A DNA stretch of 63,271 nt, filler included, from Octopus bimaculoides (taxonomy: Eukaryota): the NCBI RefSeq assembly GCF_001194135.2. It is 6 parts of 5 records of this genome, joined end to end, with 100 filler letters (N's around TTAATTAATTAA, not from the genome) between each part and the next. Parts side by side here need not be neighbours in the genome. Positions count along the whole stretch, not along the records: positions 1 to 8,987 come from NC_068981.1; positions 9,088 to 26,592 come from NC_069006.1; 4 more parts are not named here. One strand, given 5' to 3'. Of this stretch, positions 1 to 13,439 are shown one piece after another (position 1 is the stretch's first letter; each line of letters opens with the position of its first letter). The notes beneath the pieces were generated by a model. That model did not search any database. It was given only the letters and a program-made list of their open reading frames with translations, and was not told the DNA's origin. The position numbers were made by a program, and so were the translations under genes.

Positions 1-1090
1 AAGGCTATAGTAGAAGACACTTGCCCAAGGTGCCATGCAGTGGGACTGAACCCGGAACCATGTGGTTGGTAAGCAAGCTACTTACCACACAGCCACTCCT
101 ATGCCTATATATGCCAGTACCGCCAGACTGGCCCTCATGCCAGTGGCATGTAAAAAGCACCCACTACACTCTTGGAGTGGTTGGCGTTAGGAAGGGCATC
201 CAGCTGTAGAAACTCTGCCAGATCAGATTGGAGTCTGGTGTAGCCATCTGGTTCACCAGTCCTCAGTCAAATCGTCCAGCCCATGCTGGTTTTCACCATA
301 ATTTGAAACCATTATCAAGTGATAATGCAAAACTCTAGTTTATTAACATAAATCGAACACTAACAGCATTTCATGGCTCTATTTATAATAAAATATACTA
401 CCTATATTTCAATTAACTTTTAATGCAATCTGGAATTTTGAAAGGCTTTAGTAAAATAATTAATTTTATTAATTTATTCAAACATTAAACTGTTATTTGG
501 AACACAATGGAATTGTTCATGCATAAAATCATGATGGAAGATTTTAATTTAAATACTGAATATTTTAAAACAGGTAGTCTCAGGTGAGTCTACATCAAAC
601 AGATTAATTCACCTGTACATGGTTTCTGAAAAATTTGATTGGTTAAGAGTCACAGACCTGAGATATTTTACAAATATTCTTGTTGCCAGTGGATCAGACC
701 ATGTCAAATAAAATTGTAACACTTTATAAATGGTACTTGGCACTCTGAAAACATGGAGCTACTTGCCTAACTAAGTAAGCTTCATTGAACAGACCTATAA
801 CCAAAAATGGTCCAGCAGTGACCAGCCTGTTTATTTATTCAAATAAATTTTTATTTGCTTAAAGTTTTTTTAGAACTTTCAGAAAGCAACATTTCTAAAA
901 TCATATTATTTAATGTGTGCGTGTGCACTCACATTTTAAAATAAAAGGGTGAATTATGAAATAGCTTTAGCTGCTATTTCAAGTAAACCAAGTAACTGCA
1001 CACAGGCTCTCTCATTGGCTTGATATAGAATTAGTTGAATGACAGAGATGTCTCTGAAATTCTTTGATGTCACTTGTGGAATATGTTGTT

Positions 1091-1691
1091 GTTGGCACTC
1101 CATTGCTTACGACGTCGAGGGTTCCAGTTGATCCGATCAACGGAACAGCCTGCTTGTGAAATTAACGTGCAAGTTGCTGAGCACTCCACAGACACGTGTA
1201 CCCTTAACGTAGTTCTCGGGGATATTCAGCGTGACACAGTGTTATTTCTTTACTACCCACAAGGGGCTACACACAGAGGGGACAAACAAAGACAGACAAA
1301 CAGATTAAGTCGATTATATCGACCCCAGTGCGTTACTGGTACTTATTTAATCGACCCCGAAAGGATGAAAGGCAAAGTCGACCTCGGCGGAATTTGAACT
1401 CAGAACGTAGCGGCAGACGAAATACCGCTAAGCATTTCGCCCGGCATACTAACGTTTCTGCCAGCTCGCCGCCTTACGTGACACAGTGTGACAAGGCTGA
1501 CCCTTTGAATTACAGGCACAACAGAAACAGGAAGTAAGAATGAAAGAAAGTTGTGGTGGAAGAGTACAGCAGGGTTCACCACCATCCCCTGCCGGAGCCT
1601 CGTGGAGCTTTAGGTGTTTTTGCTCAATAAACACTCACAAAGCCTGATCTGGGAATCGAAACTGCTGCCCTAACCACTGGGCCATTGCGCC
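1091..1691 (-). mobile_element. tRNA-derived SINE (family A) interrupted by a second SINE
   Basis: Head ggcgcaatggcccagtggttagggcagc...gtttcgattcccag. Homologous partial copies at about 31700-31920 and 48810-49010. Confidence 0.8.
1243..1476 (-). mobile_element. tRNA-derived SINE (family B) with a 13-bp target-site duplication
   Basis: CGTGACACAGTGT at 1230-1242 and 1477-1489. More than 15 related copies or fragments occur in the window (e.g. about 3535-3775, 7408-7835, 12598-12810, 19008-19220, 39660-39876, 44700-44920, 49580-50030). Confidence 0.85.
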
Positions 1692-2223
1692 TCCACTGTG
1701 GAATATGATATCTAGGCATAATGCAATTTCCCCTCTGTCTTGTAATTTTCCATAGTAGTAATGTTATAAATCGTAATTCGTTCCCAGAAAGATATTTTAC
1801 CTATAAAATTCATAATACACATAAATAAATGGCAATAAAACAACAGTAGAATGTAAAGAATATTTTATGTAAAGTAAAAAGAATGTCAAGATCATTTATG
1901 ATAAAAAATATTATTATTATAATCATTTTCTGAATGACTTTCACTTGCACTTGACTCACGAGTACCATCGTTTATAGACACGACTGCTGATTCATAAGCA
2001 CTTGAAGACAGACTTGTAGATTTCTTTTCAAAAAACAAGTCTAGAGTTGTTTGCTTAGAAGAAGCTATTTTTCACTTTCTATAAATTTCTCAGTAACACA
2101 CAGAAGTATTTGTTATGGTAGTAGAAATTTTTGCACTTCGTTCAAAATTTGGATCTTGCACTTGAAAAATTAAACTCATAAATCTGAGGTCCCGTAAGGT
2201 GGGTCCTTGTAAAGTGAGGTATC

Positions 2224-2556
2224 GCTGAGGCCCCCTTCGGTCATGACTGACCATGGGATTGCACCTAGAAAGTTACCCTCCCAGGCACAAGTCCGGGCAA
2301 GGTTGTTTATGGAAAACCAGCAGTTGCCCAAGCATACCAGCCTCCCCTCTCCACGCCACCAGTGTTATCCAAGGGAAAGGCAAAAGCCGATACAGCTTGG
2401 CACCTGTAATGTCACAAATATTTCTACAGCTGAGCGAACTAGAGCAACGTGAAATAAAGTGTCTTGCTCAAGAACACAACACACAGCCCGGTCCGGGATT
2501 CGAACTCACAACCTCACGATCGTAAGCACAACGCTCTAACCACTGAGCCATGCGCC
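2224..2556 (-). mobile_element. tRNA-derived SINE (family D), near full length
   Basis: A and B boxes, then ttcttgagcaagacactttatttcac (CORE-like by recall). Homologous to the + strand copy at 32005-32345. Confidence 0.8.
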
Positions 2557-2576
2557 TTCACACAGTGAGATATTAC

Positions 2577-2672
<96 letters not shown>

Positions 2673-2772
2673 TATGTATATATATATCCACCATGCAGTT
2701 GAATAAAGGTACAAAAGTTTTACCATTCAGTTTGGAATAATTCTCCATTCAAGAGAAACAAAAATAGCAGTT

Positions 2773-3178
2773 AACTAGAAAAGCACTCGAAGAGCGCAGG
2801 CCTCTGCCAAGCAGCTCATTTTAAGATAGATATGCGAGTAAAATTACAAATAGAGAAACGAAATAAACTTTGGAAACAGCAACGCCACCATAGGTTATGT
2901 GGAAACGATGAACGTGTTTTCAAGGGAGATAATCAAAGAACGTAACATTGTAATACTTCATGTAAAGTAAATATAACAGATGAAAAATCCCTCAAGAATC
3001 CATAAAAATTCTCAGATCACTACCAAATTTTCATCATCTGTTCCATGTGTCATTACTAACTTTTCCCGCAAGTTTCATCAAATACCGTTCCCAACTTTTT
3101 GAGTTATTTTGCACACAGACAGACGGATGGACAAACCAACGCCGATGAAAGCATAACCTCCTTCCTTGGTGGAGGTAA
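2773..3178 (+). mobile_element. Helentron/HINE (DINE-1)-like non-autonomous element
   Basis: Begins AACTAGAAAAGCACTC, has a subterminal (ACAG)-type microsatellite and a 3' hairpin ACCTCC-ttccttggt-GGAGGT followed by an A run. The family call is by resemblance only. Confidence 0.45.
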
Positions 3179-5399
3179 AAATGTCCAGAAGAGGCCATTG
3201 TTTATTTATTACATCATACCACACTCTAAAGTGCAAGCATGGACACAAATTGCTGAAACATCACATAGGCAAAAAAGAAGAACTTAATATGACTGCACAC
3301 TGATCAAAAAATGAATATTCTATGTGTATTCTCTGTTTACCTTAAGCTATTAATTATTTCTTCTATATCAAAAAGAATGAAGTCTCTATAGGGACAACTG
3401 GATTTTCGGAAGTGAAAAGTACTAAGAATGGTGAAACAAACCAACCACAAATCTTAGTACAAAAGCGCTCAAGCGAAAACAAGAATTATCAATCGATAAT
3501 AGCACAAAACTGGTGCCTGTTCGGATGCTTTAGGTGGTGAGCTGGCAGAAACGTTAGCATGCCAGGCAAAATGCTTAGTGGTATTTCGTCTGCCGTTACA
3601 TTCTGAGTTCAAATTCCGCCGAGGTTGACTTTGCCCTTTCGTCTTTTCAGAGTCGATAAATTAAATACCAGTTACGCACTGGGGTCGATGTAGTTGACTT
3701 AATCCTTTTGTCTGTCCCTGTTTGTCCCCTCTGTGTTTAGCTCCTTGTAGGCAATAAAGAAATAAGAAACTGTGTGGAATGTTTGACAACACAGGATAGG
3801 TATTGCTGTGAAGCTTAGAAATTCACTTCACAGCTATATAAGTCCATGTTCATAACACTTTGGCCGAGCACCTTCTATAGTAGCCCCAGTCTCATTAAAG
3901 TTTTGTGGGTAAATTTGGCTGATGGAAACTGAAAAGAAGCCCATAGTGTGTGTGTGTGTGTGTGTGTGTGTGTCCTTGAATTGACATTGTACACTGCTTG
4001 TTAACAAGCTTCACCATTCATACAAGTGATGATCGTTATTTGCAATCTTCTGTGAAAGCATATCCTGACAAGGCAACAATATTACCTGGCTTGAAAACAG
4101 ATGATAGTCGGTGACTGGAAGAGCATCCAGTCATACAAAATCTACATTGATGAATCTTGCCTGACCTGTGTGATCATCAGAAAAAAAGTAGATGTAAAAA
4201 CGATGATGATGATGACGACGACGATGAAGATGATGATGATGATGATGACGACGATGATGAGGATGATATACTTCTTTCTAAAATCAAATGAATGTGATAC
4301 CCAAATCTTTTATATGTTCTTTTCTTCTTATTGATGTCTGTGAAACCATAAAAATTCAGTAAACCAATATTTTTTTAAGTTCAACTTCACAACAAGAGAT
4401 TTTTATTCATAGATCTTTTTTTTTTTCATACTTAGAAAGATAGAATAATGTTTTGTTGTTGATTTTGTTTTCTTTTCTTCATTTTTTTTTTTTTTTTTTC
4501 CTTTTAATCTACAGAAAGAAGTTCTTATATTATATGGTGAAAGAAGCAGAAAAAACAATTTCTTAAAACAATAACTGTCAGAAACATTTATTCTTTGAAG
4601 ACTTAAATAATTGGTGGCATTTTGATGATATTGTGTCCCCTGGCCTTTCGGAGGTGGGGATTCCTTTTTTCTTTTCTTTTTCTTTCTTTATACCTTTCCT
4701 ACATGTTTGATTTCTGATTTAAACTCCTGCAATGATTTTTCTGTTTTATGTGGTTATATATAATTTCAAATTACATGTACTTTCTAATTTAAACATTTAT
4801 TCTCAGGAAATAAAAAAAAAAAGAAAACAAAATCAGAACTAAATAAATTTATATGCTATGGTATGTCTGCCTGTTTCTTTGTGATGGAATCACTTGAAAT
4901 AATTTCCTTTCTCTGGTTCAAATATGTGGAGGATACAATTGGGAATAAAAGAAAAACAGGCATGTCTACTGGTATTCTATACATTAAAGGAATTTGTATA
5001 TTATGATAATTGTGTGTGTGTGTATGTGTGTGCAAGCTATAATATGATAAACTGATTGATGGTCGGATAGACATGCAGGTGGATAAGCAGATGTATAGAT
5101 ATAAAATACATCCCCCACACACACACATTCAGATATTAAAAGAAATATGATGGATAAATTGGTAGATAGGTTAATAGGTATGAAAGAGAGCAGGCAGGGT
5201 GAAGGTAGGTAGGTAGGTTTATGAGAGGCTGGGAGATAAGGAGGTTAAGTAGATGAATAGAAAGGTGGAAATGTGGGCAAGAAACAGGTAAATACATAGA
5301 CAGAGGCAGTGAGGAAGAGAGATTTAAAAAGGGTATAAGTAAGAAGGGATAAGCAAATGAAATGGTATAGGTAGAAAGCAGAATCTGTCCAAGAAAATA

Positions 5400-5835
5400 T
5401 TGGCACCCGTGCCAGTGGAGCGCTAACAGCACCATCCGAGCAGGATCACTGTCAGAGAAGCGGTCTCGCTCCTGTGCCGGTGGCACATAAAAGCACCATT
5501 TGAGCGCAATCGTTTCCAGCATCACTTTACTGGCACTTGTGCCAGTGGCACGTGAACAAAACATTGGATAAACTCCTGTGCAGGTGGCACATAAAAAACA
5601 CCATTTGAGCGTGGCCGTTGCTAGTACTGCCAGACTGGCTATCGTGCTGGTGCCACATAAAAAGCACCCACTACACTCTCGGAATGGTTGGCATTAGGAA
5701 GGGCATCGAGCTGTAGAAACTCTGCCAGATCAGATTGGAGCCTGGTGTAGCCATCCGGTTCAGCAGTCCCCAGTCAAATCGTCCAACCCATGCTAGCATG
5801 GAAAGCGGACGTTAAATGATGATGATGATGATGAT
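5400..5835 (+). mobile_element. Retroelement 3' end with internal tandem subrepeats and a (GAT)n tail
   Basis: Repeated gtgccggtggcacataaaagcacc units, then gttggcattaggaagggcatc...ggaaagcggacgttaaatgatgatg. Homologues at 117-290 (+) and 26325-26592 (-). Confidence 0.7.
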
Positions 5836-5904
5836 GTATGCACATGCACACACACATATCATCCAACACTTGATTCTGTCTCCCTCCGTAGTGACCACTA
5901 GTAC

Positions 5905-6240
5905 CGTTTCCTCAAAGTCAGATCCGCAGGAGACTTACTGTCTTATGTTATTCACCAGTGAGTTCTTGCTTTCGAAAAGCTCAGAAAAAACAATGTTGTT
6001 GCTTAGATACATCAGCAAAGCCTTCAACTGTGTCTAGTATGTAAATCTCCTATCAAAATTTCCTGTCTATGGGTTCCACCCATCTACCATATCTTGGATT
6101 AGTGGCTTCCTATCAGACTATATCATAGCAGCATGTGTAGACTGAGCTCTTTCTACTTCACTCTCAATCAACTCTGGTGCCCCCCACCTGCCCACCCCAG
6201 AGATCAGTTTTATCCCACACTCTCCTCTTTGTATAATCTT
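5905..6240 (+). mobile_element. CR1/L2-like LINE reverse transcriptase fragment
   Basis: Frameshifted translation ISKAFNCV..NLLSKFPVYG..WISGFLSD..INSGAP..PQRSVLSHTLL resembles the DISKAFD...GVPQGSVL RT motifs. Confidence 0.65.
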
Positions 6241-6436
6241 TTACTTGTTTCAGTCATTTGACTGCGGCCACGCTGGAGCACCACCTTTATAGTCGAGAAA
6301 ATCGACCCCAGAGCTTATTCTTTGTAAACCTAGTACTTATTCTATTGGTTCTCTTTTGCTGAACCGCTAAGTTACAGGGATATAAACACACCAGCATCGG
6401 TTGCCAAGTGATTTTGGGGGGACAAACACAGACACA

Positions 6437-6509
<73 letters not shown>

Positions 6510-7350
6510 CTTCTTTCAGTTTCTGTTTACTAAATCCATTCACAAAGCTTTGGTCAGGTCAAGGTCACAGTAGAAGACACTTGCCCAAAGTGGGTGACAC
6601 CCTCAATATAAAACTCAGAAAGAATCAGCCTTGCTACAGTGTGTGACAAGGCTGGGCTTTTGAATTACAGGTAGATTCCATCTGATGGGCTCCTACATAA
6701 TTTCCACCACCACCCCCATCCAATTTCGCTCATAAGTCTTGGTTCAGCCTGAGGCCATGGTAAAAATGCCTTTGTTTCTTACCCAAGATGCCATGTAGTG
6801 GAAGAGAACCAGTGAACACCTGATTACAAAGCATAGTGCTCATCCATGCCTGTACTGTGGTTGCAGTCACAAATGCACACATACACTTCTGCACGTGCAG
6901 CCATGGAAACTTATTAATTAATTAGATAAATAAATAAATATACAAATATATAAAAGCTTGCCAAGAGGCAGGGACGGCATGGGAAGATTTGTAGTATTTT
7001 TTTTATTAATGTCAACTTATCCTGGTCTTCGTCTTCTTGTTTCTCCACCCAGTTTTTTTTAAATAGACCCATACTTTACAGTCATTGAGAAATGTGGAAA
7101 AGAAATAGAAGTTTCTGCACTCAATAACCTCAAGTCTATTTTTCCCTCTTCCTCATCCTCTGCCTCCTCCTCCTACTATTACTACTACTCCTCTTTCTCC
7201 CCCCCTCTCTCTACCTTTCACTCTCCTTCTAGTTCTCCCTTCACCCAAAAGACAAAGAATGGAAATTAAAATAACTAATGATATATGTATATATGTGAGT
7301 GAGAACGTCAAACGTGCATGTGAGTAAATGTGTATACATACATACACACC

Positions 7351-7392
<42 letters not shown>

Positions 7393-8987
7393 TATATGCA
7401 TATATTAAGCGGCAAGTTGGCAGAAGTGTGGGCACGCTGGGTGAAATGCTTAGAAAAATCTCATCTGTCTTTACATTCTGAGTTCAAATTCTGCCGAGGT
7501 CAACTTTGCCTTTCATCCTTTCAGGGTCGATAAATTAAGTACCAGTTGCATACTGGGGTTCGATCTAATCAACTGGCCCCCTCCCCCAAAAATGTCAGGT
7601 CTTGTGCTTGGAGTAGAAAAGAATAAACATATATCTGCAGAAAGGTTAGCATGCCAGGCAAAATGCTTAGTGGTATTTTTGTGTCTTTACATTCTGAGTT
7701 CAAATTCCGCCAAGCTCAATTTTGCCTTTCATCCTTTCATGGTCGATAAATTAAGTACCAGTTGTGTACTGGGTCAATCTAAGCGACTAGCCCCCTCCCC
7801 AGAAATTTTGGGTCTTGTGCCTAGGGTAGAAAAGAATATATACATATATCGTTTGTCTTTTATCTATTGTTGCAGTCATTGGACTGTGGCCATACTGGAG
7901 CACTGCCTCAAAGGGTTTTAGTCAAAATAAATCACCCACCCTCAGTACTTAAGTTTTAAGTCTGGTATTTATTTTATCAGTCTATTTTGCTGAACTGCTA
8001 AGATATAGGGATGTAAACACGCTAACAGTAGTTGTCAAATGGTTGTTGGGGTGTGAACAAAGCAGATACACAAGGACACATGCTTGTTTTATCCTTTACT
8101 CGTTTAGACTGTGGCCATACTGGGGCACTGCCTTGAAGAACTTTAGTCAAATGAATCGACCCCAATTCTTATTTTTTAAACCTAGTACCTATTCTATCAA
8201 TCTATTTAACCAAACTGCTAAGTTACGGGGACAAAACCTGTTGTGAAGTAGTGTGGGGGACAAACAGACACACACATACAATGGGCTTCTTTCAGTTTCA
8301 TTCTGCACTTGCACCACCATGTTTATGATTTTTTTTTTGTCATGTATCTGACACCTCTCACTTGCAAATTCCTCCTCTCAGGAAAAAAACAGCAAGCCAC
8401 TAAGTTATGCAGGATGTAAACATACCAACACCAGTTGTCAAGCAGAGTGGTCCAGGTCTTGGGAGTGAAGATGGATGCAGGGGAAAGTTTGTGGTAGCAT
8501 GTCAGATAGATTGTATTTATGATGCAAAAGAAAAGATATGCCTTTGTTACACAGTGTCCTGATTCAGAAGGTTGTACATGCCTGTGAGATATTCAGCTAC
8601 CTACACTATAATCTAATGGGTATAACACATACACGTATCTATATATATATATATATATATGTATATAAACAAATAATAAATGAGTATATGCATATATACA
8701 TACAGGTGTGTGCATACCTACGTCTACCTGTATATATAGGTGCATATCTGGGTACAGGACATTGCAAACAAAACGTAGACAAGAAATAATAATAACCAGA
8801 GTACAGAAAACACACAAGCCACATAGAGAACATTTTCCTTCATCAGCTACCTCCGTTTTAACACCAGCGTTTCGAAGAGTTGGGCAGGAAGCATCGTTAA
8901 AACGGCTCTTCCCATGGACCGCAAATTAAATTTGTATACACAAATTAAACCTGTGCCATGGAGGAATGTAGTGGCTGACAAAAAACA

Positions 8988-9087
8988 NNNNNNNNNNNNN
9001 NNNNNNNNNNNNNNNNNNNNNNNNNNNNNNNTTAATTAATTAANNNNNNNNNNNNNNNNNNNNNNNNNNNNNNNNNNNNNNNNNNNN
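8988..9087. other. Artificial 100-bp scaffold spacer: 44 N + TTAATTAATTAA + 44 N
   Basis: The same linker recurs at 26637, 34413, 53826 and 60612 and has stops in all six frames. Confidence 0.95.
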
Positions 9088-10393
9088 TGTTCGTGAAGCT
9101 CTATCAAATCCTCATTCGTCAGGGGCTGCTTGTCTTTTACAAATAAATCTGTGAAATCCTCCTCCTACAAATCCATTTCCAGTTCCTTGCTCATAGTCAC
9201 CAACATTTTGTTGATGGCAACATTATCAAACCCCTTAAAATCATTCACGAATTGCAGGCATAGCTTCTTCCATATGCCATTCATAGCCATGCTCTGTACA
9301 TCATTCTATGTTCTGTATCTCTTCCAAAAGTCACGAAGTGTGATGGACTCATCAAGATCAGTTGCAGCTATTGCTTGCCACAGCGTACTCTTCATATAGT
9401 AACGCTTGAAGATAGCAATTATTCCCAGATCCATTGGCTACAGAAGAGACGTGGTGTTCAGAGGGAGGCATATGATGGTAACATTGGCATCAAAATCTAC
9501 AATGTTTTGCGGGTGGCCAGGAACATTATCTAAGAGAAGTAAAACCTTAAAAGGAATCCCCTTTCTCCTTACAGTACTTTTCTGCTGCTGGGATAAAATA
9601 ATTGAAGAATCAATCTTCAAAAACAACAACAGTAACCTATGCTTTTGAATTAGCCATCCATATAAGAGGGAGAGATGCCATGGGTATGTTCTTCAGGGGG
9701 TTGTGTGCATGATACACAAGCAATGGCTTTAACTGAAAATCTCCTGCACAATTACCTCCCAACATAATGGTCACATGTTCTTTTGACACCTTGTAGCCTG
9801 GAATAGTTTTCTCCTCCTTGGAAATGAATGAACAGTCTGGCAATTTTTTCCAATGGAATCCAGGTTCATCTACATTAAAAATCTGTTCAGGAAGAAACCC
9901 GTTTTCTTCGATGATTCTCTTTAATGAATTAGGAAATTCCGCTGCTGCTTGTTCGTCAGCTGATGCGCTTTCACCTTGCTTCTTAATGGAGTGATAACTT
10001 CTTCATTCCTTAAATCTCATGAACCATCTTTGATTTGCCTTGAACTCTGTATCTTTCTCATCTGGATATTTTTTCTTCAGGTCCTCAAACAAAGACAACA
10101 TTTTGTCTTGAATGATTTCTTGACTAATAGTAGCACGCTGACGATTCAACCTAACAATCCAAAGAGAAAGAAGACTTTCCATTTCTTCAAAGATTTTGCC
10201 TCTTCTCTTATTTATGACAGTGCTCTTCATCCCTGGGGCTTCAGATTTGATATGTGATAAAATCTTGTCCTTATTATGTACAATCGTACACCACTTTTTC
10301 ACCTTTTTCATGGTGTTTTATCATAGCCAGTTTATCTTCCACCATTATAGCATGATGCTTAGCACTTTCACTATGAATTTTCTTAGGAGCCAT
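9088..10393 (-). mobile_element. Degraded Tigger/pogo-family (CENP-B HTH + DDE_1) transposase
   Basis: Starts MAPKKIHSESAKHH at 10393. Fragments: EEMESLLSLWI...QEIIQDK...FKANQRWFMRFK (CENP-B HTH), PGYKVSKEHVTIMLGGNCAGDFQLKPLLVY and FKVLLLLDNVPGHP (DDE_1). Several frameshifts and stops; truncated by a gap. Confidence 0.88.
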
Positions 10394-11784
10394 GGGGGCA
10401 AAAAAATAAAGTCACAAATGAATGAGAATGAGAAGAAAGTAGCTGATAAACAGACATAAACAAATCTGAATTCAAAACAATCGCAGGAATCACGAGTGAC
10501 AACGGCGCCTAATGGTAGATATTGGAACTACACTGCAATATGAGCTCCAAAACACTGATAAATAAAACACAGCTGATTTCATGATTTCGTTCACTAAGCT
10601 ACACTACTTTATGGTGTGTATCCTAACATTTACTGAACATATTTTAATATGATTTCATATGATTTTATTCTTATTTATTGAACAGTAACATGATTTTATG
10701 TGGTTTTAACGGTTTTCTTGTGATTTTATGATTCCAATATTTGTAGTGGACAGACATAAAGGCAAGTAAAATGACGTCACTTGATTTTTAATTTTCTATA
10801 TATTACTTTTGAAAACCAACATATAATTGAGAACGACTTAAANNNNNNNNNNNNNNNNNNNNNNNNNNNNNNNNNNNNNNNNNNNNNNNNNNNNNNNNNN
10901 NNNNNNNNNNNNNNNNNNNNNNNNNNNNNNNNNNNNNNNNNNNNNNNNNNNNNNNNNNNNNNNNNNNNNNNNNNNNNNNNNNNNNNNNNNNNNNNNNNNN
11001 NNNNNNNNNNNNNNNNNNNNNNNNNNNNNNNNNNNNNNNNNNNNNNNNNNNNNNNNNNNNNNNNNNNNNNNNNNNNNNNNNNNNNNNNNNNNNNNNNNNN
11101 NNNNNNNNNNNNNNNNNNNNNNNNNNNNNNNNNNNNNNNNNNNNNNNNNNNNNNNNNNNNNNNNNNNNNNNNNNNNNNNNNNNNNATATATACATATATA
11201 CGACAGGCTTCTTTCAGTTTCCGTCTACCAAATCCACTCACAAGGCTTTGGTCAGCCCAAGGCTATAGTAGAAGACACTTGCCCAAGATGCCATGCAGTG
11301 GGACTGAACCCGGAACCATGTGGTTGGTAAGCAAGCTACTTACCACACAGCCACTCCTGCACCTGGTACTTACCTTATCGACCCCGAAAGGACGAAAGGC
11401 AATTTAGCCGAGGTGGAATCTGAACTCAAAATGTAAAGACAGGTGAAATACCGCAAAGCATTTCGCCCAGCATGCTAACGAGTCTGCCAGCTTGCTGTCT
11501 TAATAATTATAATGATAGTAATACTACTACTACTACTACTACTAATAATAATATATACATATATATATTCTCTAGAGTTGTTTACAATAAATTGTTTACA
11601 TGGGAGCCAAGAGCTGTAACATTTATTGAACCAGAAATCTGACACATAACATAACAACCGAAGATTGGGTTTCAAACTGAATCTGATCTCTCTGCTACTT
11701 AGATGTGGAGCAATAAAAGTGCATTAACACTATTAGTGTAGATGAAATGTGAGATGTAAGGGGATTGTGAAATTGAATAATATT

Positions 11785-11972
11785 AGTGGTGGTGGTGGTG
11801 GTGGTGGTGGTGGTGATGGTGGGGATGACTGCAATGAAAAGGAAGATGATGAGGATGATGATGGTGGAATTGGTGGTGATGGTGGTGGTAATGATGATGA
11901 TGATGATGATGATGATGGTGATGATGATGTTGACGATGATGATGATGATAATAGTGGTGATGATAATGATGG
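11785..11972. repeat. (GGT)n/(GAT)n compound microsatellite
   Basis: Read directly from the sequence; explains the poly-G/D/V/H ORFs here. Confidence 0.95.
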
Positions 11973-12814
11973 TAAAGCTGGTAGAAGTATGAGTAATCTT
12001 GGAAAAACACTTAAAGCTTTTTCATCAGTCTCTTTATGTTTTGAGTTCAAATTCCGCTGNNNNNNNNNNNNNNNNNNNNNNNNNNNNNNNNNNNNNNNNN
12101 NNNNNNNNNNNNNNNNNNNNNNNNNNNNNNNNNNNNNNNNNNNNNNNNNNNNNNNNNNNNNNNNNNNNNNNNNNNNNNNNNNNNNNNNNNNNNNNNNNNN
12201 NNNNNNNNNNNNNNNNNNNNNNNNNNNNNNNNNNNNNNNNNNNNNNNNNNNNNNNNNNNNNNNNNNNNNNNNNNNNNNNNNNNNNNNNNNNNNNNNNNNN
12301 NNNNNNNNNNNNNNNNNNNNNNNNNNNNNNNNNNNNNNNNNNNNNNNNNNNNNNNNNNNNNNNNNNNNNNNNNNNNNNNNNNNNNNNNNNNNNNNNNNNN
12401 NNNNNNNNNNNNNNNNNNNNNNNNNNNNNNNNNNNNNNNNNNNATTTGGACCCAGAATGTAAAGATGGACGAATTTCTGCAAACTATTTTGCACTACGTG
12501 GTAACCATTCTGCAAGTTTGCTGCCTTAAAACTTATTATTATTATTAGTAGTAGTAGTAGTAGTAGTAGTAGTTGTATTACTATTATTATTATTATTAAG
12601 GCACTGAGCTGGCAGAAACATTAGCATGCTGGGCGAAATGCTCTGCGGTATTTCATCTATCTTTACATTTTGAGTTCAGATTCCGCCTAGGTCAGCTTTG
12701 CCTTTCGTCCTTTCGGGGTCGATAAAATAAGTACCAGTTGAACACTGGAGTCGATGTAATCGACTCATCCCCACCTCCCCCAAGTTGCCCTTGTGGCAAA
12801 AACTTGAAATAATT

Positions 12815-13435
12815 ATTTGGTTTGACTCAGGTTTGGTCTTATTCCTTGTCAGATTTGTGTGGGTAGCAGGTTCCTACCTGTAACCTTAGATAACCTTAGG
12901 TATCCACAAGTTTTCAGCAGACTTTCAAGTGCTTAGAATCCTCCTGACAATCCTTGTTGTCCCTAAGAAACAAACTTTCTGTAGGAGCTCTACCAGGTAT
13001 TCTGTTTCAATCTCCTTCAGCCATTTGTCTATATCTTAGCTTACCGCTCCCAATGTATCAATTATTATAGGCACAACCTTTACTCCAAAAATTCTTCCTA
13101 TTTCAAATTTTAAAGGAGTATATTTTTCTTCTTTTTCTTTTTTGTTCTCTTTATTTTCAATCCTGGTATCAAACTGACACGATGGGTCAATTAGTGAGCG
13201 GCTTCACTTTTCCTTATTTATAATCATGATGTCTGGTCTATTATTTTCTAACTTCTTCTCTGTTTGAATAGGAGAGATCAACAAAATCTTACATTTCTCC
13301 AACTCCAGTACTCTTTCAATTCGATGATTGTACCATGTGTTTCTAGCTTCAAATCTCCATTTCTGGTACAGTTTCCAGTGTAAAACTTTAACAACCTGGT
13401 TCTGCCTCCATTTCTTATACTCTTCCTGTGCTGTT
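12815..13435 (-). mobile_element. 3' fragment of an R4/Dong-like RLE-type non-LTR retrotransposon
   Basis: Minus-strand translation EEYKKWRQNQVVKVLHWKL...LEKCKIL...NNRPDIMIINKEK (PD-type restriction-like endonuclease), followed by a 3' UTR. Confidence 0.75.
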
Positions 13436-13439
13436 ATTA

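Noticed and set aside
3370-3535. Short open frame KKNEVSIGTTGFSEVK...
   Set aside because: No convincing acceptor or homology; it runs into a SINE.
8830-8915. Minus-strand GAAAC...CTGATGA with the inverted repeat CCGTTTTAAC/GTTAAAACGG as a hammerhead
   Set aside because: Stems I-III cannot be formed around the core in any topology I tried; it is probably a repeat fragment with a hairpin.
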